Shown piece by piece: positions 59,576 through 64,000 of a stretch of 64,000 nucleotides of DNA. The position numbers and the translations under genes were made by a program. How positions within the stretch are numbered: position 1 is the stretch's first letter; every line of letters starts with the position of its first letter. This DNA is from Bacteriovoracia bacterium (lineage in GTDB: Bacteria; Bdellovibrionota; UBA1018; JBFWNL01), in assembly GCA_050251055.1 (NCBI GenBank), contig JBFWNL010000007.1:161612-225611 (forward strand), written 5' to 3'. The notes under the pieces are model-generated. The model was not told the origin of the DNA. It made no database searches and was given only the letters and a program-made list of their open reading frames with translations.

Positions 59576-62500
59576 ATGATTAACAAAATCATTCATTTTT
59601 CTGTCTACAATCGCGGCATCGTGCTGCTGCTGACGCTCGTGATGGCAGTCGCCGGCGCTATTTCTTTCCAAAGCCTGCCCATTGATGCGGTCCCTGACAT
59701 TACCAATAACCAAGTTCAGGTAAATACGGTGATCGAAGGATTGGCCCCTGAAGAAATCGAGCGCACGATCACTTTCCCGGTAGAAAGCTCGATGCGCGGG
59801 ATTGCGGGGGTAATGCAAGTTCGCTCGATCACCCGCTTTGGCCTCTCGCAGGTGACGGTTGTGTTCAAAGATGGCGTAGATATTTATCGAGCCAGGCAGA
59901 TGGTCTCGGAAAGGCTGCAAGGAGTTCTACCGGAGCTTCCTAAAGGCGCCGAAGCTCGACTAGGACCGGTCTCGACGGGGCTGGGTGAGATTTACCAGTA
60001 CACTTTGGACGTCAAGGCCCCGGCTACAGACCCGGGACGTCGGCTGCAACAGCTGATGGAAGTAAAGGCTATGCAGGATTGGTACATCAAGCCTCGATTG
60101 ATGACCGTGGAAGGCGTGGCAGAAATCAATACGACGGGCGGATATGAGCGTCAGTACCATGTGCAGCCCAATATTCAAAAAATGGCTTCGTACGGCATCC
60201 ATTTTGAAGAAATCGCCACGGCGCTCGAAAAGACCAACAAGAACGTCGGTGGCGGTTACATTTCTCAAACGACGGAGCAATTCCTCGTGCAAGGCGTCGG
60301 GCTTTTTAAATCAGCTTCCGATATCGAGAAGGTTCCGGTTAAGCAGCTCGATTCTTTCCGAGTCATCAAACTGGGCGAGATCGCGCAAGTGGGCCTGGGG
60401 AAAGAGCTGAGGACTGGTGCCGCGACGGTAAACGGCAATGAAACCGTGCTCGGCACGGTGATGATGCTCTTGGGTGAAAACAGCCGAACGGTTTCCATGC
60501 GGGTAAAGGAACGCGTAGCCGAGGTGTCTAAGACACTACCCGAAGGCTTTGTTTTAACCACGGTCTACAATCGTTCGGATCTTGTGAACGCGACGCTTGG
60601 CACCGTTGAGCATAATCTGGCGATGGGCGCGACTTTGGTGATCGTCGTTCTCTTTCTGCTGATCGGAAACGTGCGGGCGGCCATTATTACCGCGGTCACC
60701 ATCCCGCTTTCCCTGTTGGCAACTTTTCTTGTGATGAAACCACTCGGTATCTCCGGCAATTTAATGAGCTTAGGTGCCCTAGACTTCGGCATCATCGTTG
60801 ATGGTACGGTCATCTTAATCGACAACTGCGTACGGTACATTCATGACTTAACCAAGAAGTACGGTCGTAGCCTAACCCGTGAAGAAGTTCAAAAGGCAGT
60901 CTACGAGGCAGCGGTAGAGGTTCGAGTTGCCGCCGGTTTCGGGGAGTTGATCGTCGTGGTGGTGTTCTTGCCGATATTCGGTTTGGTGGGAATTGAAGGC
61001 AAGATGTTCACCCCGATGGCAGCTACTTTTGCGATCGCCGTGGCTTCGGCGCTCGTGCTTTCTTTCACGACGGCACCTGCTTTGGCTTCTTTGACGCTCG
61101 CAGGAAATGCTAAGGACTCTGAGCCTAGGGTCATGGGCTTGATTCGCCGCTGGTACCAGCCATTGCTGGAAAAGACTTTTCAATGGAAAGCGGCGACCTT
61201 GTCATTTGCGGCGATCGCGGTGGTACTGGGGGTCGTGCTTTTCGCTAAAAGAGGCGCAGAGTTTTTACCACAATTGAGTGAAGGGTCTTTCGCCTTTCAC
61301 ATGATTCGTCCCGTTAACATCAGTCTCGACCAGTCCATTGCCTTTCAGCTGAAGGCGGACAAAATCATCAAAGAGTTTGCCGAGGTCGATAACGTCTTTT
61401 CTAGAATCGGTACCTCTGAGGTCGCAACGGATCCTATGGGCGTGAATATCTCGGATACTTACATCATGCTGAAACCGCGCGGTGAGTGGCCTGCCACTGA
61501 GGGCAACCGGCACACCTACCAATCCCTGGTAAACGTCTTGGTGGCTCGATTGGAAAAAGAGTTGCCGGGTCAAAACTATTTGGCTTCGCAACCCATTCAG
61601 ATGCGTTTCAACGAGCTTCTGGAAGGTACTCGAGCCGACGTTTCCGTGAAAGTTTTCGGGCCTGATTTACAGAAAAACATGGATATTGCGAAGCAGGTTC
61701 AGGCCATCGTCTCTAAGGTCCCCGGAGCTGGTGACGTAGAAGTAGACTTGGCGGGTACGAGTCCTGTGCTAAGGGTAGTGCCTAAGGCAGCGGAACTTAC
61801 GCAGTCTGGCGCAACTACTTCAGACGTTCTGGACACGATTTCGATTGCGCTGGGTGGACAAGAGGCCGGTTACATCTACGATGGGGATCGTAAGTATCCG
61901 ATTGTAGTCCGCCTAGCGGAAAAAGATCGCTCTGATTTAGATACGATCCGCACCCTGCCGGTTGGCCTAGGTGTCAATACAACTGTACCGCTATCTCGGG
62001 TTGCGACGGCTGAGTTTTCGGAGACCTTTGGTTCGATTAACCGTGAAGATTCCAATCGTCGCTCGGCGGTTCTCATTAACTTACGGGGACGAGATACGGA
62101 GAGCTTTGTAAACGAGGCTAAAGCAACCGTCGAGAGTACGGTAAAGGTCCCCCAAGGATATTATCTTCAGTGGGGCGGGAACTTTAAAAATCTCCAAGAA
62201 GCTCGCACTCGCTTGCTAGTACTCACGCCTATCTCGCTCGTCATCGTTCTTTTGATGATCTACGCGGCCTTCGGCAGCATCGGACAGACTATTCTGATTT
62301 TCTTATGTGTTCCGTTCGCGTTGGTCGGCGGCGTAATTAGTTTGGTCTTGAACGGCCTTCCGTTTAGCATCTCGGCCGGTGTGGGGTTCATTGCGCTTTC
62401 GGGGATTGCGGTTCTAAACGGGGTAGTCCTTGTGAACTACTTTAATCAATTGAAATTAGAGGGAAAAACAGGACGAGATCTAGTGGTTACTGGAACTCTC

Positions 62501-62713
62501 ATTCGATTGCGCCCCGTCTTGATGACGGCCTTAGTGGCTATCTTCGGGTTTCTTCCGATGATGCTTTCTACGGGGATTGGCGCGGAAGTTCAGCGACCGC
62601 TCGCTTCAGTGGTGATCGGCGGGATCGTCTCGTCGACGGCCCTGACTTTGATTGTGCTGCCTGCGTTATTTTCGATTTTTGAGCATAAGTTTCGCGGAAA
62701 AGTTGCTCATTAA
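59576..62713 (+). CDS. czcA: CzcA/CusA family heavy-metal RND efflux pump
   Basis: LPIDAVPDITNNQVQ, GALDFGIIVDG, RLRPVLMTA, GAEVQRPLA. Confidence 0.93.
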   Translation: MINKIIHFSVYNRGIVLLLTLVMAVAGAISFQSLPIDAVPDITNNQVQVNTVIEGLAPEEIERTITFPVESSMRGIAGVMQVRSITRFGLSQVTVVFKDGVDIYRARQMVSERLQGVLPELPKGAEARLGPVSTGLGEIYQYTLDVKAPATDPGRRLQQLMEVKAMQDWYIKPRLMTVEGVAEINTTGGYERQYHVQPNIQKMASYGIHFEEIATALEKTNKNVGGGYISQTTEQFLVQGVGLFKSASDIEKVPVKQLDSFRVIKLGEIAQVGLGKELRTGAATVNGNETVLGTVMMLLGENSRTVSMRVKERVAEVSKTLPEGFVLTTVYNRSDLVNATLGTVEHNLAMGATLVIVVLFLLIGNVRAAIITAVTIPLSLLATFLVMKPLGISGNLMSLGALDFGIIVDGTVILIDNCVRYIHDLTKKYGRSLTREEVQKAVYEAAVEVRVAAGFGELIVVVVFLPIFGLVGIEGKMFTPMAATFAIAVASALVLSFTTAPALASLTLAGNAKDSEPRVMGLIRRWYQPLLEKTFQWKAATLSFAAIAVVLGVVLFAKRGAEFLPQLSEGSFAFHMIRPVNISLDQSIAFQLKADKIIKEFAEVDNVFSRIGTSEVATDPMGVNISDTYIMLKPRGEWPATEGNRHTYQSLVNVLVARLEKELPGQNYLASQPIQMRFNELLEGTRADVSVKVFGPDLQKNMDIAKQVQAIVSKVPGAGDVEVDLAGTSPVLRVVPKAAELTQSGATTSDVLDTISIALGGQEAGYIYDGDRKYPIVVRLAEKDRSDLDTIRTLPVGLGVNTTVPLSRVATAEFSETFGSINREDSNRRSAVLINLRGRDTESFVNEAKATVESTVKVPQGYYLQWGGNFKNLQEARTRLLVLTPISLVIVLLMIYAAFGSIGQTILIFLCVPFALVGGVISLVLNGLPFSISAGVGFIALSGIAVLNGVVLVNYFNQLKLEGKTGRDLVVTGTLIRLRPVLMTALVAIFGFLPMMLSTGIGAEVQRPLASVVIGGIVSSTALTLIVLPALFSIFEHKFRGKVAH

Positions 62714-62768
62714 GTTGGTGTTAATGAATTTGTTCAATGCAGTAAGAAACTAGATAGGAGAAATAGGA

Positions 62769-63023
62769 ATGTACAAACAATTATTAGCAGTCGTGGCTTT
62801 CAGCTTAGTGGGCTCAGCATGGAGTGGTGCTTCCGAAGATCACAAAATGGTGGAAGTCTGCAAAGCGGAATGCCCTTCAGCTAAAACTGAAGACGAAGCT
62901 CACAAATGTATGGATGGTGTGGCAAAGAAGAAAGCTGGAGACAAAAAGTTTAGAAAGTCTGACTGTTATGCCGCTTATCGTGAGCATGAGAAGCATGAAA
63001 AAGAAGACGGTCATAAGCACTGA
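62769..63023 (+). CDS. Small secreted Cys/His-rich putative metal-binding protein
   Basis: Signal peptide, CxxxC..C..C, HEKHEKEDGHKH. Confidence 0.7.
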   Translation: MYKQLLAVVAFSLVGSAWSGASEDHKMVEVCKAECPSAKTEDEAHKCMDGVAKKKAGDKKFRKSDCYAAYREHEKHEKEDGHKH

Positions 63024-63048
63024 GAACAGTAAGGTTAAAGGAAATTTT

Positions 63049-63357
63049 ATGAAGTTAGGAATTGGAATGTTCGTATTTGTATTGTTCGGAGCTATCAATG
63101 GAGCCTGGGCGGTTCCGGAATTGAAAATTACTTCTCTTTCTAATGCTGCTCGAAGCACGATGCTTGAAGTGTGCGGCGAAGTAAAAGACAGCGACGCTTC
63201 CGGCAAGGCTTATTTGGTTCGCATTGAGCATGGCGATGCCAGCTATCAGAGCATGACGGGAATGGATGGAAAGTTTTGCACGGTAGTCAAACGTAGAACT
63301 TTCGACGGACAAGTTAAGGCCGACGTAGTCGCCCCATTGTCGTTGGGTTCCCTCTAA
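63049..63357 (+). CDS. Hypothetical secreted protein
   Basis: AAGGA RBS, signal AWA|V, VCG..FC. Confidence 0.65.
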   Translation: MKLGIGMFVFVLFGAINGAWAVPELKITSLSNAARSTMLEVCGEVKDSDASGKAYLVRIEHGDASYQSMTGMDGKFCTVVKRRTFDGQVKADVVAPLSLGSL

Positions 63358-63360
63358 AAC

Positions 63361-63981
63361 ATGGATAGTTGTTGTAAACCTGTAGAGTCACCCAAAGCAA
63401 AAGCTGCCAAGCTTGTGCTTTGGGTGGCACTGGTTATTAATTTCGGGATGTTCCTAGTTGAAGGTGCTTTCGGATTTAAAGCTGCTTCTACGTCGCTCAA
63501 AGCAGATGCGAGCGACTTCTTAGGCGATTCGGCTAGTTATGTTATTACTCTCCTAGTTTTTGATAAGGGCGCCAAACCTAGGTGGTGGGCGGCTTTTATC
63601 AAGGCCGCTCTTATGTTCGCGATCGGTTTGGGCGTGCTAGGCGCGGCTTTTTACCGGGCATTTTATGGAATTATGCCCGAAGCTCCGACTATGGGGTGGG
63701 TGGGTCTTTCAGCTTTTCTAGCTAACTTAATCGTGGCTGCTTTACTGTATCGTTTTAGAAACCACGATATCAATATGGAATCGGCTTGGCTTTGCTCGTT
63801 TAACGATGTGGTTGGAAATATTGCGGTTGTGGCGGCGGCCGGCGGGGTCTGGTTTACGGTTAGCAGGTGGCCTGACCTTATTGTGGCGAGCATTATCTCT
63901 GGCCTGAATCTCTGGGGGAGTTTTAAGGTCGGGCGAAAGCTGATTCTGGAGCGAAAGCTTAGTTTGAGCGTGTCGCAATAA
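63361..63981 (+). CDS. Cation diffusion facilitator (short CzcD-like)
   Basis: SLKADASDFLGD, WLCSFNDVVGN, WPDLIVA. Confidence 0.85.
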   Translation: MDSCCKPVESPKAKAAKLVLWVALVINFGMFLVEGAFGFKAASTSLKADASDFLGDSASYVITLLVFDKGAKPRWWAAFIKAALMFAIGLGVLGAAFYRAFYGIMPEAPTMGWVGLSAFLANLIVAALLYRFRNHDINMESAWLCSFNDVVGNIAVVAAAGGVWFTVSRWPDLIVASIISGLNLWGSFKVGRKLILERKLSLSVSQ

Positions 63982-64000
63982 AAGGAATTAAAACTCGATT

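Larger units (their letters stand above)
39964..64000. mobile_element. Integrative conjugative element / genomic island in tRNA-Met (other end probably outside the window)
   Basis: att fragment, integrase, excisionase, VirB/VirD4, relaxase, TA and metal cargo; visible drop in GC. Confidence 0.82.

Noticed and set aside
62824-63048. N-terminal extension of the 62824-63357 ORF
   Set aside because: Overlaps the 62769-63023 gene; RBS and signal peptide support a start at 63049

Overview
Bacterial window, most likely Bdellovibrionota/Oligoflexia (inferred from TIGR02147/DUF4423-type regulators, a prepilin-fibre protein and many orphan secreted proteins). Bases 1 to ~39.9 kb are GC-rich host chromosome: a dppABCDF peptide ABC operon, a lower-GC cassette (dockerin/beta-helix protein, prepilin-fibre protein, TIGR02147 regulator), TolC-MacAB, secreted proteases, a LysR gene broken by an apparent deletion, a transglutaminase-elicitor-like protein, a SWIB protein, a DUF5985-like triplet, trehalose genes (GH15, membrane-anchored OtsA, OtsB) and a nitrilase next to a GNAT-PEP carboxylase fusion. 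At 39964 an 18-bp copy of a tRNA-Met 3' end marks the edge of a lower-GC integrative conjugative element that appears to run past the window end. It carries an integrase, an excisionase, a very reduced VirB/VirD4 set with a Replic_Relax relaxase and a structured oriT candidate, a HipA-kinase pair and a czc-type metal-resistance cargo. The best candidates for new biology are: (1) a tiny secreted repeat peptide (VFA|GSGGDGGG..VFA|GGDGSGG) divergent from an XRE-DUF4423 regulator at the head of the transfer operon, a possible peptide-signalling switch; (2) two paralogous Cys/His + RPPR leader proteins that look like metal-sensing ribosome-arrest peptides; (3) the GNAT-PEPC fusion. All calls come from reading motifs by eye; no searches were run.
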